DNA of 64,000 nt from a virus, in IMG/VR virus record IMGVR_UViG_3300037231_000119, positions 98,447 through 162,446 of that record; one strand, given 5' to 3'. Positions 9,007 to 18,050 of the stretch are shown here, piece by piece (the first letter of the stretch is position 1; each line of letters starts with the position of its first letter). The position numbers and the translations under genes are program-made. The notes under the pieces were generated by a model. It did no database searches and was not told the origin of the DNA. It worked only from the letters and a program-made list of their open reading frames with translations.

Positions 9007-11582
9007 AACTCACCCTCCTCTCCCCAACACGGGCCTTCCTCTCCAACTACACCCCAGACGAACTCCACGATCTGAGGAAGGCCCTAACCTATACTAACAC
9101 CTCAGTAAAACATTTAATCAAACGTCACTACAGTAATGTCTTCTTTAAGAGTAGGAATTTGGAAGCCTGGACTGAACACCTACAAGGCCTCCAGAAAGAT
9201 CTCAAGAAAACTTTGGTTTTCGAAGAAGATGGCCAACTCTATATTAGGCCCGGTTCAATCCCCTATCTTCAAGGTTTCGATCTCGAGATAGAGAATTTGA
9301 TCCAGTATCCCAAAATTAAGAAGATGGCTTGGTGGAAACCTCTTCCATTTAAGCTTCACGATTATCAGGAAGAGTCTTGGGCTAAACTCATAGCGGAAAA
9401 ACATGGAAACATTAGTCTTACTACTGGATGTCACGCTAAAGGAACTCCCATTCTAATGTATGGGGGCACCCTTAAAAACGTGGAAGATATAGTAGTAGGC
9501 GATCAAATAATGGGTCCAGATTCCAAGCCAAGGAACGTCCTTAACCTTTATACGGGTATTGAGGATATGCTTAAAATTTCCCCTATCAAGGGGGAATCTT
9601 TTATTGTTAATAGGTCCCATATTTTATCCCTACAGCGAACTAATAGGGGAAATACCTACCTTAGGAAGGATGGAACTAGGGCCAGTCAGGAAAATGGCCC
9701 CAACCCTATCCTAAACATATCTGTTAGCGACTACTTAGATCTATCTAAAAATAGAAAACATGTATATAAACTTTATAGGCCAAATTCAATTAGTTTCTAT
9801 AGAAAAAATGATTTGAGGATACCGCCCTATATATTAGGCGCTTGGCTTGGAGACGGTGCTAGCGCTAATTGCTCCATTACTACTATGGACAAGGAGATAC
9901 GGCAAGAGTGGTGCCAATACGTAACATCTCTCGGACTGAATATCAGTATAGATGTGAGGTTGAACAATCGTGCGTGTACGTACAGAGGCAGATTGAAAGA
10001 TAGAGCGGGATTAGGCAGGGATAGGCCAACTAAAAATCCCTTCCATTTGCTTCTGGAGAGTTACAGCCTAAAAAACAACAAACATATTCCATTAGAATAT
10101 CTTACCGCCTCAAGAGAGGACAGACTTCAGGTATTGGCTGGTTTAATTGATACGGATGGGTATTACTCTCATGGAAGTTTTGAAATTATACAAAAAAATC
10201 GAGTTCTGGCTGACAATATCTTATTTTTGGCTAGATCTTTGGGATTCTGTGCCACAAAAAGAGATAAAATAAGTCGTGATCAGAATGGAACGGAGGGCCT
10301 ATATGTAAGAATTTCCATAATAGGAGATTTGTCGTCTGTTCCCACCCGATTACGTAGAAAACAGGCGGAACCTAGAAAACAAATCAAGGATGTTCTAAGA
10401 ACGGGATTTAAAGTAGAGCCTATTGGCAGGGGAGAATATTTCGGGTTTGAGCTGGATGGGGATCATCTATACGTGATGGGAGACTTTACGATCACCCACA
10501 ACAGTGGTAAGTCTGCGATTATATTGAAGCTTTGTCAGGAGATGGGTCTTAATACTTGCATTGTGGCTCCCGGTAAAGGCATCTTTAATGAGCTTATCGA
10601 AAAGCTGGAGTTCCATTTTGGTAAGGGAAGGATCGGAGCCTTTGGGGATGGAAAGAAAAAGTTAAAGCAAATTAATGTTTGTATCGGAGATTCTCTAGCC
10701 AATATTAAGATCGATAGCCCAGAATACGAGTTTTTCTCCAATCTGGATGTCCTTATTGTAGATGAGTCCCATACTTTTGCTGCTGAATCCCTGGAAACGA
10801 TCTGCCACGGAGTCTTGGCCAAAATCCCATATAGATTTTTCATGTCGGCAACTCAATTTCGAAACGACGGAAGTTTACCTCTTCTGCAGTCTATTATTGG
10901 TAAGACCGTATGTGAGTTGGGAACCGAGGAAGCTGTCCAGAAGGGTTACATCTGCCAACACGAGTTCCGCATAGTTTCAGTAGAGTCATCTAATCCAGAT
11001 TCTGAGGAGTCGGATCCCCTAGCCCAGAAGAGAGCCCATTTTCTAAATAATACCAATATTGCGAAGTTCATAGCTAAGTTGTCCAATGCTATGGCTGAAA
11101 CTCATGGAAAACAGACCCTGGTCTTATGTGAGGAATTAAGCCAATTGGCCATGTTAGTTCCTATGTTGACTGTTCCTTACGCTATAGCCCATTCTGAGAA
11201 AAGAGCGGCCAGGTTGGAAGAGCTTGGGTTAAGTAAAGTGGATGTATCGGAATCTATTGAGAAATTTAACAAAAATGAGGCCAAGGTTCTTATTACTACC
11301 AGCTGCTGTCACGTTGGCGTAAATTTATTCCCCACGCACAACACCTTTAATTGGGTGGGGGGAGCCAGCGTTATTAAGACAAAGCAATCTAGTATTGGCC
11401 GTTCAGTCAGACATGGCCATTCTAATCCCTGGGCATCCAAGTGTGTCCCTAAAGAGAAAGCAATTATCTACGACTTCGATATTACTGGCAATTTCACCAT
11501 GGAAAGGCATTTGGAGGCTAGGATCGGTTGCTATATGGAATCTGGTCCTGGATTGATTAAATATATTAGAATTAAGAGTTGA
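9003..11582 (+). CDS. SF2 DEAD/DEAH-box (UvsW-like) helicase with intein
   Basis: Q motif LHDYQEE; Walker A TTG|SGKS split by an intein; DESH, SAT and QSSIGRSVR motifs. Confidence 0.9.
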   Translation: MKLTLLSPTRAFLSNYTPDELHDLRKALTYTNTSVKHLIKRHYSNVFFKSRNLEAWTEHLQGLQKDLKKTLVFEEDGQLYIRPGSIPYLQGFDLEIENLIQYPKIKKMAWWKPLPFKLHDYQEESWAKLIAEKHGNISLTTGCHAKGTPILMYGGTLKNVEDIVVGDQIMGPDSKPRNVLNLYTGIEDMLKISPIKGESFIVNRSHILSLQRTNRGNTYLRKDGTRASQENGPNPILNISVSDYLDLSKNRKHVYKLYRPNSISFYRKNDLRIPPYILGAWLGDGASANCSITTMDKEIRQEWCQYVTSLGLNISIDVRLNNRACTYRGRLKDRAGLGRDRPTKNPFHLLLESYSLKNNKHIPLEYLTASREDRLQVLAGLIDTDGYYSHGSFEIIQKNRVLADNILFLARSLGFCATKRDKISRDQNGTEGLYVRISIIGDLSSVPTRLRRKQAEPRKQIKDVLRTGFKVEPIGRGEYFGFELDGDHLYVMGDFTITHNSGKSAIILKLCQEMGLNTCIVAPGKGIFNELIEKLEFHFGKGRIGAFGDGKKKLKQINVCIGDSLANIKIDSPEYEFFSNLDVLIVDESHTFAAESLETICHGVLAKIPYRFFMSATQFRNDGSLPLLQSIIGKTVCELGTEEAVQKGYICQHEFRIVSVESSNPDSEESDPLAQKRAHFLNNTNIAKFIAKLSNAMAETHGKQTLVLCEELSQLAMLVPMLTVPYAIAHSEKRAARLEELGLSKVDVSESIEKFNKNEAKVLITTSCCHVGVNLFPTHNTFNWVGGASVIKTKQSSIGRSVRHGHSNPWASKCVPKEKAIIYDFDITGNFTMERHLEARIGCYMESGPGLIKYIRIKS
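9429..10502 (+). mobile_element. Intein (358 aa) with LAGLIDADG homing endonuclease in the helicase Walker A
   Basis: Starts CHAKGTPILMY and ends GFELDGDHLYVMGDFTITHN followed by Ser. Motifs LGAWLGDG and LAGLIDTDG. Confidence 0.95.
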
Positions 11583-11625
11583 CTTCCCTATCATATTACT
11601 ATATTGTCTTATTTAGGAGATAAAT

Positions 11626-11826
11626 ATGAATAATGATGAAGTGACCACCCCAGAAGAAGATTTTGACCTTAAATTTGCAGGAGCCCATCTAGCCATGATG
11701 GACCAATATTTAGAGATAGACTTTCCGGAAATGGACGTATCTAAAATGTCCTATCAGGAAAAGAATGAATTTATCCTAGATTCAGATAAACCAAAATACA
11801 GATCGCTAGGTTTGCTGCCTCCGTAA
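11626..11826 (+). CDS. Hypothetical protein
   Basis: AGGAG SD; TTGACT promoter-like sequence at 11579. Confidence 0.55.
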   Translation: MNNDEVTTPEEDFDLKFAGAHLAMMDQYLEIDFPEMDVSKMSYQEKNEFILDSDKPKYRSLGLLPP

Positions 11827-11906
11827 TCGAATATGTGGCTCTCCAACGTATTGAAATTGAACGTCTAGAAGCCAAGTTGGCGGGATTGAACAACTAATCC
11901 AATCTT

Positions 11907-12098
11907 ATGAGTGATAAATTCAAGAGAATCTTAAGACGTAATTTTATAGGATATTTTAAGGAAGCTTCAGTACTTATAGCGGTATTTGGAACCCTAGATC
12001 AATTAACCAGAAATGCTCTTAGTATAAAATCTCTTATTTTTATATCTTTTCTCAGCCTTTCGATCTTAGCATTAGCCACTTTACTGGAAAATAGATAG
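11907..12098 (+). CDS. Small membrane protein
   Basis: Two hydrophobic segments. Followed by a 37-aa single-TM ORF at 12107-12220. Confidence 0.45.
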   Translation: MSDKFKRILRRNFIGYFKEASVLIAVFGTLDQLTRNALSIKSLIFISFLSLSILALATLLENR

Positions 12099-12307
12099 GA
12101 ACTAATATGAATCTTTTTGCAATTACCTTCATCATGACCTTTATGGCCATCGCATCCATTATTTTGAGCCCCGCGCCTAAGACTAAATCTGATAGCGAGA
12201 CTACTCAAAAGGCCTCCTGATACCACCTAAAGATGGTCTATAAGCGTATCGACCTTAAATGTTCGCTTTGGTCTCACCGAACATCGGGTGGGTGAACATG
12301 ATGTAGG

Positions 12308-12339
12308 AAGGGGTGGGGTAATTCCCGCCCCTTTCTTTT
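12308..12339 (+). terminator. Intrinsic terminator-like hairpin upstream of the sigma-like gene
   Basis: AAGGGGTGGG-GTAATT-CCCGCCCCTT followed by TCTTTT. Confidence 0.6.
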
Positions 12340-12344
12340 CCCCA

Positions 12345-12353
12345 TGATATAAT
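12345..12353 (+). promoter_or_regulatory. Extended -10 promoter TGATATAAT for the sigma-like gene
   Basis: Perfect TGnTATAAT about 30 nt upstream of the ATG at 12386. Variants occur at 16766, 25995 and 7541-7549 (minus strand). Confidence 0.55.
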
Positions 12354-12385
12354 CCCTGTGAACTCACGCAGTTCAGAGGATTTAT

Positions 12386-13420
12386 ATGGCAAAGAAACCC
12401 AAAGCTTTTCAAACCGGTCACGATCCCATGTTCGCCACCCTTGCGCAAGAGATTGCTCGGGCTATTGAAAAGAACAAGGATGGCAGTTCCCAAAAGCAGC
12501 AATTTGAAGAGCTTGTAGAAGCAGAGGAGCTGTTTAAAGACACTCTTTTAACCTATAAGATCCATAGGGAGCTTTATAAACGCTTTATTCTCCATATTCG
12601 AGTTATTCAAAACAATATTCTGGGGGCTAGACCTTTCTTCAGAGAGAACTCTGAAACTTTTAGCGCCAAAATCACGCCAGCCCTAAAAGCCAAAAATCCA
12701 GATGCTCTGACCCAATTTCGGATAAATTTCCATCTTATTAAGTTTTTTAAGGATAATTTCATTGGTTTGTGGCCGAAAAAGTTGGAAGCTATTTACCAAA
12801 GAGTGGAAAAGGCTAGAACTATACTCATTACTAATAACCTACCTTTGGCCATCAATAGGGCTAAGATCTTCCAAAGAAAAACTTCCAATAACCACCTAAC
12901 ATTTTTGGATCTTGTAGAAGTTTCGTCTATGGGACTATGCGCAGCAGTAGATAAGTATAACCCCCCGTATTTAAAGAACTTTTGTGGTGTCATTATTGGA
13001 AGGGCGGTCGGAAATTTAATTGACCTTAACACAGAAACGGCTCTCCACTTTTACCCCGGCGACCGCCGCATCCTCTACCGAGCCAATTCAATTCGTGGTC
13101 GTCAAGGAATTACCGATATTGCTGAACTCGCTAAAGCCGTTAATGACTCCTTCGCCATTGATTTGGCTGAAGGTCGTACGGCCCCTAAAAGAACAGATGT
13201 AAACGAGCTTTCTAACCTCCTAGCAGCCGCTTCCTTGCTCTCTGCAGACTCTAATGAGGGAGAGGAGGGGTATGGGGTCTATAACTTTACCCCTGACGCT
13301 ACAGAGGGCGTAGAGAGCCAATTAGGTAGGAAGCAGGAGCTGGCCCAAGTAGCTAAGTTAGCCCGTAAGCTCCCATTGATCAACCAAAAGATCCTGAGAC
13401 TTAAGGGAATTGAAATTTGA
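12386..13420 (+). CDS. Phage sigma70-family factor (region 2 present, region 4 truncated)
   Basis: ARTILITNNLPLAINRAK...LTFLDLVEVSSMGLCAAVDKY matches sigma region 2. The protein ends at LPLINQKILRLKGIEI, before the region 4.2 HTH. Confidence 0.75.
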   Translation: MAKKPKAFQTGHDPMFATLAQEIARAIEKNKDGSSQKQQFEELVEAEELFKDTLLTYKIHRELYKRFILHIRVIQNNILGARPFFRENSETFSAKITPALKAKNPDALTQFRINFHLIKFFKDNFIGLWPKKLEAIYQRVEKARTILITNNLPLAINRAKIFQRKTSNNHLTFLDLVEVSSMGLCAAVDKYNPPYLKNFCGVIIGRAVGNLIDLNTETALHFYPGDRRILYRANSIRGRQGITDIAELAKAVNDSFAIDLAEGRTAPKRTDVNELSNLLAAASLLSADSNEGEEGYGVYNFTPDATEGVESQLGRKQELAQVAKLARKLPLINQKILRLKGIEI

Positions 13421-13467
13421 GTTGACTTTTCATTGGATCTAGTGTTAGGGTTTAGGTAGGAGATTTT

Positions 13468-13776
13468 ATGACTGAATCCGAGAAAGCTATAAGGGAAAAT
13501 ATTGCCGAGCCGGGAGCGGTCTACTTTGGAGCTATTAAAGATCTTATAGATGAGATTGACTCCCTCAGACAGTCTGTCAATGACTGGAAAGGCGTCGTAA
13601 AACTGGTAAGCAACGAACGTGATCAGGCCCAATTAGAGGCAGCCAGTGTTTTTGAAGAACGGGCCGATCTCATCACTCAACTCAATCAAGCCCTAGACGC
13701 TCTCACCGTAACCCGAGAAGAATGGCTTCTTAGGGTAAAGTTTTTGGAAAAGGAACTGTACGATGCTCGAAAATGA
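13468..13776 (+). CDS. Coiled-coil hypothetical protein
   Basis: AGGAG SD; heptad pattern. Confidence 0.55.
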   Translation: MTESEKAIRENIAEPGAVYFGAIKDLIDEIDSLRQSVNDWKGVVKLVSNERDQAQLEAASVFEERADLITQLNQALDALTVTREEWLLRVKFLEKELYDARK

Positions 13777-13914
13777 AAGTCCTATAGTTGTAGGCTTCGA
13801 TTTCACTTTATGCCAATGCGGCCAAGAATCTGACTTTGGTTGCCACGGAGTTCGTGATATGGAAGTGTATTCCGAGTTCTTTTGTAAGAAGTGCTATCAT
13901 AAAAAGGAAAAGGT

Positions 13915-14238
13915 ATGAGTTTTTCACTGAATAATCGTTTGGTTCTAGAAGTTTACGTCAAAGAAGGTCTCAAAGCCAAGGTCTCCGGGGGTATTGCAAC
14001 TCCAGGACAACGTGATGGAGTTAAGGGCCTCAGGGTTCTCATGGACGCGCATCTTAGTGATGGGCGACTTATTCCTAAGTACTCAGTTGCCTATATTAGG
14101 GAAGAAGTCCTTCATACACATCCTTGGGCCTCAAAACCTCTCTCCAGCGACTTCCTGCCAGTTAAGTTTCTTCTGGTAGAATCGTCCTATGTTGAATTTT
14201 TTGAGATACCTCTTTCGTTTCCAGAGGAAAGTGCATGA
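13915..14238 (+). CDS. Divergent GroES-like co-chaperonin (putative)
   Basis: 107 aa. SLNNRLVLE...SGGIATPG resembles GroES PLxDRVxV...GGIxLP, and the C-terminal FLLVESSYV resembles LIMxESDI. Confidence 0.55.
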   Translation: MSFSLNNRLVLEVYVKEGLKAKVSGGIATPGQRDGVKGLRVLMDAHLSDGRLIPKYSVAYIREEVLHTHPWASKPLSSDFLPVKFLLVESSYVEFFEIPLSFPEESA

Positions 14239-14356
14239 GCTTCCTAGATTTTGGACTGAACTTCTGTCTGTGGTTTATCATCTTTAACGCCTTTGAATTG
14301 GCTTTGTGGAGTATTCTTAGAGGGGTGTTTCACGAATCCGGAAAGAAATTTCTCAA

Positions 14357-14584
14357 ATGAGAATTGGAAGGCTTGAATTTGGCAAAGTATCGGGTCAATA
14401 CCATTGGGGATTCTCCAAGGGATCTTGCAAATGTGCGATGTTGGATATTGGGCCATTCTACGTTACCTTCTTGGATAGGGACTGTAAGTGTTCGGAGTGT
14501 AATGAGTATACTTGTAAGTGTGTAGATGTGTTTTGTACAGATTGTCAGGAATTCGATAACGACTGTTGCTGTGAGGTTTGGTAA
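14357..14584 (+). CDS. Cys-rich hypothetical protein
   Basis: 75 aa with many Cys, in the plus-strand gene run. Confidence 0.4.
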   Translation: MRIGRLEFGKVSGQYHWGFSKGSCKCAMLDIGPFYVTFLDRDCKCSECNEYTCKCVDVFCTDCQEFDNDCCCEVW

Positions 14585-14800
14585 ATGACCCATCTAGATG
14601 GCTGCAGTAAAGAAAATATCATGAGGAAAAAGTTAGAATTTCCTGAGGATCAGAGGGATATGATCAAATCGCGAGGTTTTTGGGCCCCTTTCTCACATCA
14701 TGTAATGTTTTGTATGGAATGCTCCCGTATCGTTGCACAAGAGGATAATTCTGCAAGAAAGTCTCTTAGTTACGCTGTTCAACAGGGGTTTGGGAAATGA
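14585..14800 (+). CDS. Hypothetical protein (CxxC)
   Basis: Coupled to the next gene by an ATGA overlap. Confidence 0.5.
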   Translation: MTHLDGCSKENIMRKKLEFPEDQRDMIKSRGFWAPFSHHVMFCMECSRIVAQEDNSARKSLSYAVQQGFGK

Positions 14801-15771
14801 AGATTCTTCGATTAGGAGACATGCACGTAAAAGTTTCAAATCTCGAGGAGTCGGAAAGGCTCCTCAAATTCGTATTGGATACGGCTCTAGAACGCAAAGT
14901 TGATCGTTTGGAAATTCTTGGCGATTTGTTCGACACCCACTCTATCATCAGGCTTGAGGTTATGGAGTTTTGGGACCGATGGCTCCATATGCTAGCAAAA
15001 CAAACCTTTGACACCCGAGTTTTAGTAGGAAACCATGATATTACAGGTAACTTCAGTTCTACTTATTCTGCTCTGTCTACTTTTCGCGATCTAGATATCG
15101 TGGTTTACGAACCAGAAGTTACGGGCCCATTTGGATATCTACCCTATATTCACGACAATAGTGAATTTGTTAAAGAGGCCAATAACTTAGCCAATTTGGG
15201 GGCACGTTTCCTAGTTTCCCATAATACCTATCAAGGATCTAAATATGACAATGGAATGTATGCTCCTGACGGTGTTGATCCTGACCTTATTGATAGCCGC
15301 ATTCACACGCTTCTTTCTGGCCATGTCCACACAGCCCAAGACTTTGGACGCGTCATCTATCCTGGAACTGCTCGTTGGGCAAGCCAATCAGACGCTAATA
15401 GGGCAAAAGGAATTTCATTATTCACTCATGCCAAGCATGACGGGACCATTCTTGATAGAGAATTTATCTCAACCGCAGGAGTTTGTGTACCCCTTATCAG
15501 CATTGAGCTTAGAGAGGGCGGAGTTTTACCAGAATTTCCAGATAATGGGCGAGTTAGTGTCCAGTTAATTGGTTCTTCGGATTGGATCGCTCGGACTAAA
15601 CTCGAGCTTAAGGGAACTTGCAGTATTACTACTAAGATCACGGATTCTAAGAAGTCCAAAGAACGTAAGAGTGGTCGTAGTTTGCATGAGTTTTTGACCA
15701 ATCACTACCAAGCCGAACCAGAAAAGAAAGTTAAGCTTCTGAAGTATATGGAGGGACTATACCTTGTCTGA
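14797..15771 (+). CDS. sbcD: SbcD/Mre11-like metallophosphoesterase nuclease
   Basis: GDMH, GDLFD, GNHD, SH and SGHVH motifs. An SbcC/Rad50 partner lies downstream. Confidence 0.88.
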   Translation: MKILRLGDMHVKVSNLEESERLLKFVLDTALERKVDRLEILGDLFDTHSIIRLEVMEFWDRWLHMLAKQTFDTRVLVGNHDITGNFSSTYSALSTFRDLDIVVYEPEVTGPFGYLPYIHDNSEFVKEANNLANLGARFLVSHNTYQGSKYDNGMYAPDGVDPDLIDSRIHTLLSGHVHTAQDFGRVIYPGTARWASQSDANRAKGISLFTHAKHDGTILDREFISTAGVCVPLISIELREGGVLPEFPDNGRVSVQLIGSSDWIARTKLELKGTCSITTKITDSKKSKERKSGRSLHEFLTNHYQAEPEKKVKLLKYMEGLYLV

Positions 15772-16081
15772 TCAACCCTCCCTCCAAGACCTGACCAAAT
15801 TGGTCCTCTTTAGCGGCAGATTAAGTGAAGTACATGTCAAAAATCTAGAAGCGTTCCCCTTCATATTCTTTAATGGGGTTGAAGAGGCTAAGATAGAGCA
15901 TGACATTTCTACCGTTAAGGATATTCCAAGTACTGTATTTTACGATCTTACCCTAAATGAGGACAATGATCATATAGAGTACCGGTGTAAGACTCTTGAA
16001 GACGCAGTCAGAAGCTTATTTTGGAACGAAGTTAAGCTGAAGATATCGATTAATTCCGAAGAGGTATATAAAAGTGAGTGA
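15764..16081 (+). CDS. Hypothetical protein
   Basis: Overlaps both neighbours in an operon-like way. Confidence 0.55.
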   Translation: MSDQPSLQDLTKLVLFSGRLSEVHVKNLEAFPFIFFNGVEEAKIEHDISTVKDIPSTVFYDLTLNEDNDHIEYRCKTLEDAVRSLFWNEVKLKISINSEEVYKSE

Positions 16082-16826
16082 TAGAAATACAAAAATAAGT
16101 GATGGGCAAGAAATTTCCATTATTCCTAAATTTGATTTTACGATGAAAGATATGGAAATGATTAATAAATTTAAGGATGACGGTATGTTGGGGATCGCGA
16201 GTCTGGATACGACCAATGTCGAGAGAAGTATGGCGCTCTACCTAGATGGCAAGACCTACCGCCAGATAGCCAACGTCCTAAAGATAAATAAGTCCATAAT
16301 CCTATTTTTGGCCCACAAGTACTCTTGGTATGAACTTAGAGAACAATATCTGGAAGAATTGAAGGTGACTATACCCAATAAGATTCTGGAGCATAAACTT
16401 CAGTCCCAAGAGTTTCTACTAGAATTAAGTCAGGCTTACAGAAAGAAAATTGCCAAGAACGTTCATCAATATCTTAGAACGGACGATCCTAAGTATTTTG
16501 AAAAAAATGACGCTAAGGACGTGACTTCATGGCTAAAAATTGAAGAAATGATCTACTCGACTGCGGAACATATTAGTAGGCAGAGCGAAAAATCCATGGT
16601 TGGGCTGAATGGTCTCGGAGAAGGTATGACCATTACTAAGACTGGCGCCAATTCCATAGAAATCACCCCTAAGGGCCCAAGTCCCTTCGGATCCAAGCTT
16701 AAGGCCTTCGCTGAACTCAAACGTGAGCAGGAACGCGCTAATGCGCCAGAGCCCAAACCCGCTCATGATATAGTCAAAGAGAATGAAAACCCAACAAAGA
16801 AAGAGAAAGAAGATGAAGTTAAATAA
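16074..16826 (+). CDS. HTH protein, possible terminase small subunit
   Basis: ALYLDGKTYRQIANVLKINKSII...KYSW HTH followed by a helical region, as in TerS-like proteins. Confidence 0.45.
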   Translation: MSDRNTKISDGQEISIIPKFDFTMKDMEMINKFKDDGMLGIASLDTTNVERSMALYLDGKTYRQIANVLKINKSIILFLAHKYSWYELREQYLEELKVTIPNKILEHKLQSQEFLLELSQAYRKKIAKNVHQYLRTDDPKYFEKNDAKDVTSWLKIEEMIYSTAEHISRQSEKSMVGLNGLGEGMTITKTGANSIEITPKGPSPFGSKLKAFAELKREQERANAPEPKPAHDIVKENENPTKKEKEDEVK

Positions 16827-17658
16827 AATTGCGGCTGGATTCGCGGTTGTTTTGGCAGTTGTCCTTATCCCACTCGTATCGGTGTCCAAGGATAGTAGTC
16901 CAGAAGTGCTTACTTTGGATAAGAGCAACCTCCTAGTCCTTAATTCCGAAGTGAACGGTGATTCTGTAGGGCCGCTCATTACTAAGGCTCAGCAGATGGA
17001 CTCCACTTTAGGTCGTGGAAAACACATCCTTCTCTATCTCAATACGCCCGGTGGCAGCGTCTCTAGCGGTCTTGAGCTTATCGAGGCTATGAAGGGCCTT
17101 AGCCATCCTGTTGATACGGTTACATCTTTTGCGGCATCTATGGGCTGGCAGATCGCTCAGGGGCTAGATACCAGATATATCCTGCAGAGCGGTATCTTGA
17201 TGAGCCATCGTGCGGCTGGCGAATTTCAGGGATCTTTCGGCGGAACATCACCAAGCCAATTGGATCAAAGGATTCATCTGTGGGTTCAGATGACTAAAGA
17301 AATGGATATGCAAACGGTGAAGAGAACGAATGGTCGTCAAACACTCGAATCATACCAAAAAGCTTACGCGGAGGAGCTTTGGCTGACTTCTCAAGAGTCT
17401 ATTTCGGGTGGTTATGCCGATTCCATCGTGAGAGTTAAGTGCGGTGCCGATTTGTCAGGCACCTCGACACATTCAGTCGAATTCTTGGGAATGCAAATCC
17501 AGTATGAGCTTTCCGACTGCCCCATTAATACGGCGCCCATGAACGTAAAGGTCGGCGGATCCACCGTAATGAGTACGGAATACACTAAGGCGGTCAAGGC
17601 CCAATTCCTTTCCGGATATGAGATGAAAGCTTCTAAGCCACTCCCAATGAGTTACTGA
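16813..17658 (+). CDS. clpP: ClpP-like (S14/S49-type) serine protease with N-terminal signal/TM segment
   Basis: LYLNTPGGSV, FAASMG (Ser), LMSH (His), ELWLT...GYAD. N-terminus MKLNKIAAGFAVVLAVVLIPLV. Confidence 0.8.
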   Translation: MKLNKIAAGFAVVLAVVLIPLVSVSKDSSPEVLTLDKSNLLVLNSEVNGDSVGPLITKAQQMDSTLGRGKHILLYLNTPGGSVSSGLELIEAMKGLSHPVDTVTSFAASMGWQIAQGLDTRYILQSGILMSHRAAGEFQGSFGGTSPSQLDQRIHLWVQMTKEMDMQTVKRTNGRQTLESYQKAYAEELWLTSQESISGGYADSIVRVKCGADLSGTSTHSVEFLGMQIQYELSDCPINTAPMNVKVGGSTVMSTEYTKAVKAQFLSGYEMKASKPLPMSY

Positions 17659-17770
17659 ATATGCAATTTCTATTTTTGTTAGGTTTTATTGGGTTAGCCG
17701 TGTTCGTACAGTATAAGATAAACAGCAGTAGATATCCCAATTCGTCTATATGGACACGGTTCTTTAAATA

Positions 17771-18019
17771 ATGCCCCTTATTGCCTATCCCTGCTCTTGC
17801 GGACTAGTAGCTAAAAAGTATGTTAAGGTGGCCAAGGATGCGGCTGCCTTCATAACTTGTTCGTGCGGTAAAGAGGCTAAGAGGGGATTTGGAAGCACAA
17901 GTTCGAACCATTTGGTAAAAATCGACAATGGGCTCATGGCAAGATCTATAGAAATCTCTCCCGATATCATGGAAGTGAATGACGAAAGATCCCAAAAAGA
18001 TTACAGTGAAGAGGATTGA
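17771..18019 (+). CDS. FmdB-like zinc-ribbon protein
   Basis: MPLIAYPCSCG...ITCSCG. Confidence 0.55.
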   Translation: MPLIAYPCSCGLVAKKYVKVAKDAAAFITCSCGKEAKRGFGSTSSNHLVKIDNGLMARSIEISPDIMEVNDERSQKDYSEED

Positions 18020-18050
18020 CAATAGAAGTTAGTTGGGGTATCGTCTATTT

